Source of the DNA: a virus
Taxonomy: Duplodnaviria; Caudoviricetes
Strand: one strand, 5' to 3'
IMG/VR virus record: IMGVR_UViG_2595698868_000001
Span: 96,001 to 160,000 of that record
DNA: 64,000 nt
Part shown: in pieces, positions 9,635 through 17,015 of the stretch
Layout: the number at the start of each line of letters is the position of its first letter
How positions within the stretch are numbered: position 1 is the stretch's first letter
The notes under the pieces: model-generated
What the model was told of the DNA's origin: nothing
Database searches by the model: none
The model's input: only the letters and a program-made list of their open reading frames with translations
Program-made: the position numbers and the translations under genes

Positions 9635-10141
9635 ATGTTCTCGATCCTCCTCCACATGCTCATCTCGCCAGCGACCCTCTGGGGCGTCGGCGGCGTAGCG
9701 CTGATCGCGGTGGCTCTCTACTTCACCGCAGGCCCGGTCTTCCTGTGGAAGCTCGCTTCGGATATCCGCACGTGGTTTGCGATCGCGGCCGTGTTGGCGG
9801 TCCTGGCTTTCGCTCATAGCGAAAAGCAGAACAGTGATCTGAAGGCGCAGATCGCCCAGGCTGCTGAACAGAAGACCGCCGACAAGGACGCCCAGAAGAC
9901 CTCCGACCTGCGTGTCAAGCAGAAGACGGCTCGGGCATCGCAGACCCAGCGTTACCAAGCCGTCATCACCAACGCCACCCCCGGAACTGAAGTGGACACC
10001 CTTCTCGATGCAATCGCCGCTGATCAAGCCCACGCCCCTGTCGTCCGCGCTTCGCCGCCTGTCCAAGGCCCTGTTTCTGATCCCGCTCCTGGTGGTGGTC
10101 ACGGGCTGCTCAAGCGTCCCGACGTCACTGTTGTCCCCTGA
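9635..10141 (+). CDS. Putative i-spanin (Rz-like)
   Basis: N-terminal TM segments followed by an Ala/Gln/Lys coiled coil; overlapped by a lipoprotein ORF. Confidence 0.6.
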   Translation: MFSILLHMLISPATLWGVGGVALIAVALYFTAGPVFLWKLASDIRTWFAIAAVLAVLAFAHSEKQNSDLKAQIAQAAEQKTADKDAQKTSDLRVKQKTARASQTQRYQAVITNATPGTEVDTLLDAIAADQAHAPVVRASPPVQGPVSDPAPGGGHGLLKRPDVTVVP

Positions 10142-10388
10142 CAGCCTCTACCCGGATTCGATCACGTCCTGCGCGCCTGAACCGGAAGTGCCAGCGCGCC
10201 CGGCGCCCAACGTCGCACGACCGGAGTCGGTGAAGGCGACCTACCTCAATGGCGTGCGCTGGGCCGGCGCGGACTGCCGCGACACGGTCGCCGCCACGGC
10301 CCAGCGCAAGATCGACTACAAGAAGCAGTACGACGCCGCCACGGCGCCGGCCTGGAAGAAGCTCTTCAAGTTCGGCAAGAAGGAATAG
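10008..10388 (+). CDS. Putative o-spanin lipoprotein (Rz1-like)
   Basis: Signal peptide with lipobox VTG-C, Pro-rich mature part; overlaps the i-spanin in another frame. Confidence 0.65.
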   Translation: MQSPLIKPTPLSSALRRLSKALFLIPLLVVVTGCSSVPTSLLSPDSLYPDSITSCAPEPEVPARPAPNVARPESVKATYLNGVRWAGADCRDTVAATAQRKIDYKKQYDAATAPAWKKLFKFGKKE

Positions 10389-10392
10389 CGCC

Positions 10393-10551
10393 ATGCGTGA
10401 AGGTTATCGCGAAATCGACACTGGCTGGATCGGTGACGGCGGTTCGGCCGGCGTCTCGCCCGGAGGTGGCGCGATGGAAGGGGACGGAGGCACGGGCTGC
10501 ATCGGGGATGGGGGCGGCGGCTGCGTCGACTTCGGAGACGGAGGCACCTAG
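10393..10551 (+). CDS. Possible 52-aa Gly/Asp-rich peptide
   Basis: AAGGA upstream of ATG; four GDGG motifs. Confidence 0.3.
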   Translation: MREGYREIDTGWIGDGGSAGVSPGGGAMEGDGGTGCIGDGGGGCVDFGDGGT

Positions 10552-10590
10552 ATTTAGTCCCCAAACTGAGTCGACTCCACGACGGTTTTC

Positions 10591-10619
10591 TTGACAGATC
10601 GCCGTTCGTTAATCATAAT
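10591..10619 (+). promoter_or_regulatory. Sigma70-like promoter
   Basis: TTGACA-N17-CATAAT. Confidence 0.65.
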
Positions 10620-10632
10620 GCGCGTCTCTTGA

Positions 10633-10666
10633 AAAGCTCGCCTCTAATCGGGGCGGGCTTTCTTTT
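10633..10666 (+). terminator. Intrinsic terminator
   Basis: AAAGCTCGCCTC-TAATC-GGGGCGGGCTTT followed by CTTTT. Confidence 0.7.
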
Positions 10667-10675
10667 GCCTTAGAT

Positions 10676-10990
10676 GGCATGGCCCCGTGGAAACGGGCCA
10701 AAGCGGTAGGCGCCGGCCTGGGAAACCTTGCACGCGCCACACGCTGTTCCGGCTGGAAAGCCGGCTTATAGTAGGAGGGTCGCCTAGCGCCTCTCCACCC
10801 TGGGACGTCACAGCTACGGCTCTGGCGTCGTCATTGTGAGGTGAGAACGCCTTCCTCACGCACGCTGGGACGCCGGCGTAAAGTACGAGGGCAAAAGGGA
10901 CGTCCATGTTGGCGTCCACCCGTCGGAAGAGATGCGGGAGCCCGGTCGACTTGTCGGCCGGCTGAAAACCGAGGACCCCGCCGCAATGAC
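10676..10990 (+). ncRNA. Candidate structured ncRNA of unknown family
   Basis: No credible ORF; consecutive hairpins with GAAA/GGAA loops, long-range GTCATTGTG/CGCAATGAC helix, ends at a terminator. Confidence 0.5.
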
Positions 10991-11027
10991 AAAGGCCCGC
11001 CGGAGTGATCCGGCGGGCCTTCCTTTT
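10991..11027. terminator. Terminator between convergent units
   Basis: AAGGCCCGCCGGA-GTGA-TCCGGCGGGCCTT with a downstream T tract. Confidence 0.75.
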
Positions 11028-11046
11028 ATCGGCTTCCGGCGTCCGC

Positions 11047-12456
11047 TTAGTCGCGGACACCCTCTGGCAGGAGCGCCTCGCCGATCACGCCGGCGTTCTC
11101 GGCCTCGTGGATGAAGCGCAGGACCGACTCCGAGAAGCCGTCGATGTGCGTCCACTTGCCGTAGCCGATGCCGTTCTTCGCCGAAGCGACGTTGATCACG
11201 TACGAATGCTTGACCTTCGGAGCCGGCATGCTACCGCCGCCCAGCATGTGGTTGACGGTCTTGCCCGAGGCTTGCTCATCGGTGATGATGATCAGGCGAT
11301 CGAACTCGAACTTCGACTGGACGGTGGCGACCGCTTGCACGAGCGCCGTACCGATGTGCGGCTGCGAACGACGGATCGCGTCGACGCCGGCCATGCCCTT
11401 GCGGGCGGGCACTTCCACGATCTTGTTCGAGAAGCTGATCACGCGCAGGTCTTCGGCCGGGATGACCGAGGCTAGGGCGCTAGCCGCGTCGATACGCGTC
11501 AGATCGGACTTGCCCGAGAGCTTCTCGTCCATGGAGCCCGACACGTCCACCATGACCACGGTGCGGCCCGGCAGCTTCGGCATGTCGGCGATCGAGGCGA
11601 TCAGCGCTTCGTCCAGGGCCGGTTCGAACGTCGGCGCCGCACGAGCCGCCGCGATGTAGCGGAACGGCAGGACGCGGTGCGCGCCGCCCTTGCGGGCCTT
11701 GATCGCATCGATCACCAGCTTGCGGTCGACTCCGGCCTGCTCCATGTTGCGCAGGTTGCGCAGCAGGGCGAGGTAGCCGAGCTTTTTGTCTTCCAGCAGA
11801 CGGGTGAACTCCGCCTTCTTGTCGCCGCCGGCCGACAGCGCTACTTCCCAGGTGTCCGGCGACTCCAGCGTCTGATCGACCAGCCCCTTGTACAGGGACT
11901 GACGCTCGTCGTTGGCGGCCTTCGGGTGGCTCAGGAACAGCACGTCGCGCAGACGCACTTCCTTGGCGCGGTCGTACTTGGCGATCTGATACGCGTCGAA
12001 CTTGGCGAACGCCTTGGCGAGGCCGAGCTTCATCTGCTTGGACAGCGGCGCCTTGCGGGCGCCGTCGCGCGGTGGGTTGTACTTCCAGTACAGCGCCACC
12101 AGTTCCGACAGTTCGTCGGCGCGCTGGATCACGCGGGCGATCGTCTCCGAGACGAGGCCGTTGCCCGAGCCGCGCTTGGCCAGGGTGACGAGCAGCAGCA
12201 GGGGGACGTGCCGCAGGTTGGCGACTTCGCGCGCTTCGATGGCGATCTGGGCCAGGGTGTCGACCGGGACCTGCTCAGCGAGCTTGGCGATGCGGGTGCT
12301 GATCTCGACGCCGTCCTCGTAGGCCTCGTTCTCGAACAGCAGGCAGGACATCACCGACCGGCGCAGCGCCTGGACGGCCGTCATGCGGGCTGCGGGAGCG
12401 CCCTCGTGCGTCTTTTCGGTGAAGGTGTTCTTGGTCGAACGGTTGGTCGATGCCAT
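11047..12456 (-). CDS. rsr: Ro60/Rsr-like RNA-binding protein (TROVE + vWA domains)
   Basis: THEGA, LRRSVMSCLL, IQRADE, FDAYQIAKY, RDVLFLSHPK, TWEVALS, ALLRNLRNM, LPFRY, MIDAS DVSGSM, IIITDEQ. Confidence 0.92.
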   Translation of the reverse strand: MASTNRSTKNTFTEKTHEGAPAARMTAVQALRRSVMSCLLFENEAYEDGVEISTRIAKLAEQVPVDTLAQIAIEAREVANLRHVPLLLLVTLAKRGSGNGLVSETIARVIQRADELSELVALYWKYNPPRDGARKAPLSKQMKLGLAKAFAKFDAYQIAKYDRAKEVRLRDVLFLSHPKAANDERQSLYKGLVDQTLESPDTWEVALSAGGDKKAEFTRLLEDKKLGYLALLRNLRNMEQAGVDRKLVIDAIKARKGGAHRVLPFRYIAAARAAPTFEPALDEALIASIADMPKLPGRTVVMVDVSGSMDEKLSGKSDLTRIDAASALASVIPAEDLRVISFSNKIVEVPARKGMAGVDAIRRSQPHIGTALVQAVATVQSKFEFDRLIIITDEQASGKTVNHMLGGGSMPAPKVKHSYVINVASAKNGIGYGKWTHIDGFSESVLRFIHEAENAGVIGEALLPEGVRD

Positions 12457-12492
12457 GGTCGGGTCGGCTCCTCTACTGCGTCAAAGGGTTGA

Positions 12493-12634
12493 CCGCAAGG
12501 TTGAGGGGGAACAAGTCGTCCACGGGGTGCGTCTACCAATTCCGCCATCCCTTTCCGAAGATTGGGAGCAGGGCTTGAACCTGCATTTCGCTTTACCGAA
12601 GTATCCGTGTACTACGCCACCCTCAACCTTGCGG
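12493..12634 (-). ncRNA. Y-RNA-like (YrlA-type) RNA, unit 1
   Basis: Terminal helix CCGCAAGGTTGAGGG; GTGGCGTAG..TACTTCG; T arm GCAGGTTCAAGCCCTGC; then D arm GGCGGAATTGGTAGACGC; 3' CTTGTTCCCC. Confidence 0.8.
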
Positions 12635-12645
12635 CTGATGACTTG

Positions 12646-12807
12646 GAGAGGTTGAGGGGGAACTGGCGAGTACGGTTTCTTATTCCGGTGCGTTTGGCCA
12701 CTCCGCCACATGATCCTGTTGGGGATCAAGGTGGGACTCGAACCCACGTGCCCTTTCGGACGCCGGTTCCACGAAGTATCCGCACTCTGCGCCACCCTCA
12801 ACCTCTC
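12646..12807 (-). ncRNA. Y-RNA-like RNA, unit 2 (class II tRNA-like cargo)
   Basis: Terminal helix GAGAGGTTGAGGG; long variable arm GTCC-GAAA-GGGC, T arm GTGGGTTCGAGTCCCAC, closed acceptor, D arm GGCGGAGTGGCCAAACGC. Confidence 0.8.
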
Positions 12808-12820
12808 GGTCGTTGGTGTC

Positions 12821-12964
12821 GAGGTAGAGGGGGAACAGGCGGCAACGCGTTTTTAGCGCTCTACCACTGAGCTACCTCGGGCTTTCGGCCCTCGGGTTGG
12901 ACTCGAACCAACGACCTCTCGATTAACAGTCGAAGAACTCGTCGCCTACGCCACCCTCTACCTC
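12821..12964 (-). ncRNA. Y-RNA-like RNA, unit 3 (permuted tRNA-Asn-like cargo)
   Basis: Terminal helix GAGGTAGAGGG; TTCGA-CTGTTAA-TCGAG, AGGTC, T arm, acceptor closed by CGAAA, D arm TAGCTCAGTGGTAGAGC. Confidence 0.82.
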
Positions 12965-12966
12965 AA

Positions 12967-13106
12967 TCGGCGTGTAGGTTGACACATGGGGAACTGGCGC
13001 CGTCGGTTTAGGGGGATCGAACCCCGTGGCGCGGATTTGCAGCCGCACCATTTCAACCAGCGAAGTAGCCGAAAGCTACGCCACCATGTGTCAGCCTACA
13101 CGCCGA
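12967..13106 (-). ncRNA. Y-RNA-like RNA, unit 4 (Cys-anticodon-like arm + T arm)
   Basis: ~23-bp terminal helix; GCGG-CTGCAAAT-CCGC followed by GGGGTTCGATCCCC. Confidence 0.75.
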
Positions 13107-13110
13107 CACC

Positions 13111-13301
13111 CCGATCATAAGGCGGTGGGGGAACAAGCGATCCCACACACGTTTAGGCGCTCTAACCGCTGAGCTACACGCCCGTCATCAGTTCAGGCCG
13201 AAGCCTGGACTGGTGGTGGACGCGGCTGGATTCGAACCAGCGACCTCCCGCTCCAGATGCGAAGTAAGTGACATCTACGCCACCCACCGCCTCGTGATCG
13301 G
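13111..13301 (-). ncRNA. Y-RNA-like RNA, unit 5
   Basis: Terminal helix; T arm GCTGGTTCGAATCCAGC, CGCGTCC-ACCA, spacer hairpin, GGGCGTG-TAGCTCAGCGGTTAGAGC. Confidence 0.82.
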
Positions 13302-13302
13302 T

Positions 13303-13479
13303 GTCGAGTGTGTTTGGGAGGTCCAGGGGATCAAACGAAAAGGCACTTTTTAATGCCGGTTGTTCTACCACTGAACTACATCCGAGTTGCCCCGGATGGC
13401 GGGATTCGAACCCGCGACCCACTGGTTGATGCGAAGAAATCCTCTTCTACGCCACCTGGACCTTCCAAACACACTCGAC
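13303..13479 (-). ncRNA. Y-RNA-like RNA, unit 6
   Basis: ~25-bp terminal helix; T arm GCGGGTTCGAATCCCGC, acceptor CATCCG/CGGATG, D arm TAGTTCAGTGGTAGAAC. Confidence 0.8.
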
Positions 13480-13508
13480 CTGCCTTTGACGACAGACCGA
13501 CCTGATCA

Positions 13509-13605
13509 GCGGTGGGGGAACGAGCGCCCCCAGGAAGACTAGACCCGAAGGTCCGGTCGCTTGGTTATGGAAAGCGAAGTACCCGAGGACTACGCCACCC
13601 ACCGC
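13509..13605 (-). ncRNA. Y-RNA-like RNA, unit 7 (no T/D arms)
   Basis: Same GTGGCGTAG..TACTTCG and GTTCCCC scaffold with two small hairpins (one UUCG). Confidence 0.7.
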
Positions 13606-13615
13606 AAATCTGGTC

Positions 13616-13694
13616 GTCCGGGAATTATCGAGGTCGGAAATGGGCCGAAGCCCGCTCTATGCAAAAGAAGTAACCGATCTCTGTCGCCACGGAC
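13616..13694 (-). ncRNA. Y-RNA-like RNA, unit 8 (short, promoter-proximal)
   Basis: GTCC-GTGGCGACAG..TACTTC...ATTCCC-GGAC with a UUCG hairpin; starts at the predicted +1. Confidence 0.6.
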
Positions 13695-13700
13695 AGTGAC

Positions 13701-13729
13701 CTTGTCACATAGGCCGATTCCGATGTCAA
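13701..13729 (-). promoter_or_regulatory. Promoter of the Y-RNA array/Ro60 unit
   Basis: TTGACA-N17-GACAAG; predicted +1 coincides with the unit 8 5' end. Confidence 0.5.
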
Positions 13730-13779
13730 CAATGTTGGCAAACTTTTTTCGAGAAATGTGTGCCTGACTGTCAGACATG

Positions 13780-13816
13780 AAAAAGGCCCGCGACGATCCG
13801 GATCGTCGCGGGCCTT
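13780..13816 (-). terminator. Intrinsic terminator after the XRE gene
   Basis: Perfect inverted repeat AAGGCCCGCGACGATC with a U tract on the minus strand. Confidence 0.8.
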
Positions 13817-13837
13817 CCCCTGGTAGGAGATGACGAC

Positions 13838-14566
13838 CTAGAGGTCGCTCACCTTCCCTACCACCTTGCCGAGGAAGTGCAACTCCTCCGGATCGACCTC
13901 GTCGAATTTCTTGCGGTCGGCCGAGTAGACGCGGTACGGGCCGTTGCGATGCGGGCGCGTGATCGAGGCGACCGATGCGATACCGTTCTGGGCGTAGACG
14001 TACTCGGCATGGGAGGAGCCGGGTTCGGAGCCGCGACGCACGACCGCGACGTCGCCGGGCTTCAGGTTGGTGGAGAAGTCGTTGACCGTGTAGAGGGCCA
14101 GGGCCTGGGGCGAGACCTCGAATCTGGAGACGATCCAGTCTTCATCGAAGGTCCAGGGCTTGAGGGCGATCCAGACTTCACCGTCGGCGATGTAGTCGAC
14201 CTCTTCGATCATGCCGGGCATGTCGGTGGATTCTTCGCCGATGCCGAAGGCCAGCCACTGCGGGTCGCACTTCAGGACCGTGGCGAGCAGGACGATCTTG
14301 GACAGGTCGGGAACGACTTCGCCCGACTCGTACATGCAGTACGCCGAGCGGGAGAGCACTTTGTGTTCATGCTGCTTGTTGTTCCAGAAGATGATCTGGC
14401 GGGCGACGTCGAGTTGGCTCAGCCCGAGAGCGTCACGCTTCTCCTTCAGTCGGTCCTTCAGACCTTCGATCATTTCCAGAGGCGTCGGGGAAGAGCCACC
14501 GCGCGCCTTCGCTTGAGTGGGGCGTTCGGTGGTATTGACCGACTCCCGCATCATCGTCTGTTGCAT
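13838..14566 (-). CDS. XRE-family HTH regulator with S24-like C-terminal domain
   Basis: RLKEKRDALGLSQLDVA...YESGEVVP...DPQWLAFG; LKPGDVAVV; FLGKVVG end. Confidence 0.8.
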   Translation of the reverse strand: MQQTMMRESVNTTERPTQAKARGGSSPTPLEMIEGLKDRLKEKRDALGLSQLDVARQIIFWNNKQHEHKVLSRSAYCMYESGEVVPDLSKIVLLATVLKCDPQWLAFGIGEESTDMPGMIEEVDYIADGEVWIALKPWTFDEDWIVSRFEVSPQALALYTVNDFSTNLKPGDVAVVRRGSEPGSSHAEYVYAQNGIASVASITRPHRNGPYRVYSADRKKFDEVDPEELHFLGKVVGKVSDL

Positions 14567-14906
14567 GCCTTCGTCCTTGTCGGTGCCCTAGGCGGGCGTA
14601 TTGGTTATCCCCTGCCAGCACGGTTAACACGCCATGTCAGCAGTAGTTGCATGTCGAACTTAGTCTTCGTCTGGCAACAAATCAACTCCAGACGATATAT
14701 AGCGGCCCTCATTTGTTAAGAACACAGCCTATAGTACGTGCGAAAGCACAGGCCGTAGTATAGAGCTAGGCAGTGAAAAACCCTTAGCCGAAAGGCAGTT
14801 GCCGTGAATCACGACAGCCGGACCAGCCTTTCGGCCAGCCCGGCTGTCATGGGATAGATTGTCCCAAGTGTGACGGCTAAGCCACACATAAATAGGTGAA
14901 AATAGT

Positions 14907-15554
14907 TTACGAAATTCCGGTCGAGCCGAAGCCGCCCGTGCCACGCTCGGTCTGGTCAAGCTCCGCAACGACGTCGAAACGGATGCGGACATAGGGCGCG
15001 AAGACGGCCTGGGCAATGCGGTCGCCGCGATTGATGACGAACGGATTGCGGCCGTGGTTGATCAGGATCACCTTGATCTCGCCGCGATAGTCGCTGTCGA
15101 CGGTACCGGGCGAATTCAGGACAGTGATAGACGACTTGGCGGCGAGGCCCGAGCGCGGCCGGACTTGCAGTTCCAGGCCCGCCGGCAGGGCGACCGTGAC
15201 GCCGGTCGGGATGATGCCGACTTCGCCCGCAGCGATAGTAAAGGGTTCATCCTCGGGGATCGCGGCACGCAAGTCCAGGCCGGCGGACCCACGGGTCTCG
15301 TAGGCTGGCAGCGGCAGGCCTTGGGCATGCTCCAGGGCGACGAATGCGACCGGGACGCTGTTGTGCTGATCCTGGACGTAGGCCAGAGCCGCCTCCCAGG
15401 TCAGAACCGTGTTGTCGTCCAGGTACACGGCTTCCTGATCATCCGTCGAGACGGTGGTGCGCCGGCCGAGGGCCTCGAACAGCTTCGCGAGTTCGTAGGC
15501 GCGCTCCGCACGGGCCGCGCGGGTATAGGTGATGATGACGGTCGGGGTCGCCAT
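14907..15554 (-). CDS. dut: dUTPase (trimeric) with N-terminal extension
   Basis: SAGLDL, RPRSGLA, GTVDSDYRGE, RIAQ, RGTGGFGSTG. Confidence 0.95.
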   Translation of the reverse strand: MATPTVIITYTRAARAERAYELAKLFEALGRRTTVSTDDQEAVYLDDNTVLTWEAALAYVQDQHNSVPVAFVALEHAQGLPLPAYETRGSAGLDLRAAIPEDEPFTIAAGEVGIIPTGVTVALPAGLELQVRPRSGLAAKSSITVLNSPGTVDSDYRGEIKVILINHGRNPFVINRGDRIAQAVFAPYVRIRFDVVAELDQTERGTGGFGSTGIS

Positions 15555-15557
15555 GGG

Positions 15558-16961
15558 TTAGTCCTTCAGGTAGGTGCGGAGATCGGAGGCGCCGCCGATG
15601 AATTCGACTTCAGTGGTGCCGTTGAGGGTGAAGATCATGGGCGACGACTTCCACGTCGCGCCCCACTTCGAGTGGATTTCGGCGAACTTGGCTTGGCGTT
15701 GCTCGGCTTCCGGCAGTTCGATGGCTTCGAAGACGAGGCCCTTGGCCTTCAGCAGCGCCTTGGCGTCGTCGCAGTGCGGGCAGCCGGGCTTGGTATAGAC
15801 CCGGAACTCCGGCTCGATCTGCATGTCGATCGTGACCGAGCCGCCGTGGGGTAGCGGGACGACCGTCTCGATCGGGTGGATCACAGCTTCGGGCACCGCG
15901 CAGACGCCGTCGTCGGAGCAGCCCTCGACCACCTCGGCTGCGAGCATCTTGGCGATCTTGCCGGCGCCGCCCTCGATCAGCAGCGGCCCGCGCTTCAGGA
16001 AGTCGAAGGCGTTCGGCCAGCCAGGGGTTTCGCCCTTGCCGTACTCCGTCGAGCGCTGCTCGAAGAAGTTGGTGTGGGTCGGGGCGTTCATGATCCAGTC
16101 GAGCCAGTCGAACGGATTTGCCTTCACGCCATAGTTAGGCTTCAGCCCGAGTTGCAGCAGGCGGCGGTCCGCGATGTAGCGGATGTATTCCTTGGCCTCG
16201 GCGGCGGTGAAACCTTCGACTTCGCCCAGGTTGGTGCATTGGTCGATGAACGCATCTTCCAGCGTGACCATGGCGCGGCAGGCATCGTAGACACGCTTCT
16301 TGGTTTCGTCGTTCCAGGCGCGCGGGTGTTCCTTGATCAACTCGTGCAGGAGCTTGATCATCGATTCGACGTGCAGCGACTCGTCGCGGATCGACCACTC
16401 GACGATCGTGGTCATGCCCTTCATAAGGCCACGGCGTTGGAAGCTCATCAGCAGCGCGAAGCTGGAGAAGAGTTGCATGCCTTCGCCGAAGGCGCTGAAG
16501 ACGGCGATGTCGACCATCAGGTCGGCGATACCCTTGCCGGATTCGCGCGCGAACATGTACTCATGCTTCTCGCGCATCGCCTGATATTCTTGGAAGGCCT
16601 TGTACTCGACCTCCGGAAGACCCAGGGTTTCGATCAACGTCGAGTAGGCGTCGATATGATTGGCCTCGGCCGCGATGAACTGCCCGATCATCATGCGGAG
16701 TTCAGGCAGCTTGAAGCGCGGGGCGTACTTGTCGAAATAGCCAGAAGCGATGTCGATGTCGGCCTGGGTGAAGAAACGGAAGAGTTGGGTCAGAAGACCC
16801 TTCTCCTTGGGATTGAGCTTCGTGTTCCAGTCCAGGATGTCCTTGTCCATGGGAGCCTCGTGGGGTTCCCAGGACAGGGCGCGCATCAGCTTGTAGGCCT
16901 TGTACGCCCACGGATAAGTGAAGGGCTTGTAGTAGTCGCGAGTCGCGAAAAGGTCGGACAT
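15558..16961 (-). CDS. nrdB: Class Ia ribonucleotide reductase beta subunit with C-terminal glutaredoxin
   Basis: FFTQAD, EANHIDAYS, EGMQLFSSF, RDESLH, NFFEQRSTEY; C-term YTKPGCPHC...IGGASDL. Confidence 0.92.
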   Translation of the reverse strand: MSDLFATRDYYKPFTYPWAYKAYKLMRALSWEPHEAPMDKDILDWNTKLNPKEKGLLTQLFRFFTQADIDIASGYFDKYAPRFKLPELRMMIGQFIAAEANHIDAYSTLIETLGLPEVEYKAFQEYQAMREKHEYMFARESGKGIADLMVDIAVFSAFGEGMQLFSSFALLMSFQRRGLMKGMTTIVEWSIRDESLHVESMIKLLHELIKEHPRAWNDETKKRVYDACRAMVTLEDAFIDQCTNLGEVEGFTAAEAKEYIRYIADRRLLQLGLKPNYGVKANPFDWLDWIMNAPTHTNFFEQRSTEYGKGETPGWPNAFDFLKRGPLLIEGGAGKIAKMLAAEVVEGCSDDGVCAVPEAVIHPIETVVPLPHGGSVTIDMQIEPEFRVYTKPGCPHCDDAKALLKAKGLVFEAIELPEAEQRQAKFAEIHSKWGATWKSSPMIFTLNGTTEVEFIGGASDLRTYLKD

Positions 16962-17015
16962 TAAAGGCGCTCGAAAAAGAGGGGAGATGAAGGCGAGGCG
17001 GATAGGGCCGAAGCC

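Noticed and set aside
10745-10775. RNase P RNA (CCGGCTTATAG resembles its 3' end)
   Set aside because: The GAGGAAAGTCC partner and the rest of the P4 core are absent.
12493-13479. Cluster of ordinary tRNA genes
   Set aside because: Within units the T arm precedes the D arm and acceptors are closed by loops. Joining halves across units is interrupted by the long terminal helices.
12493-13694. CRISPR array
   Set aside because: The conserved parts are short and degenerate, unit lengths vary from 79 to 191 nt, each unit folds on itself, and there is no cas operon.
12383-13778. Short ORFs over the array
   Set aside because: No RBS or coding bias; the sequence is explained by RNA structure.
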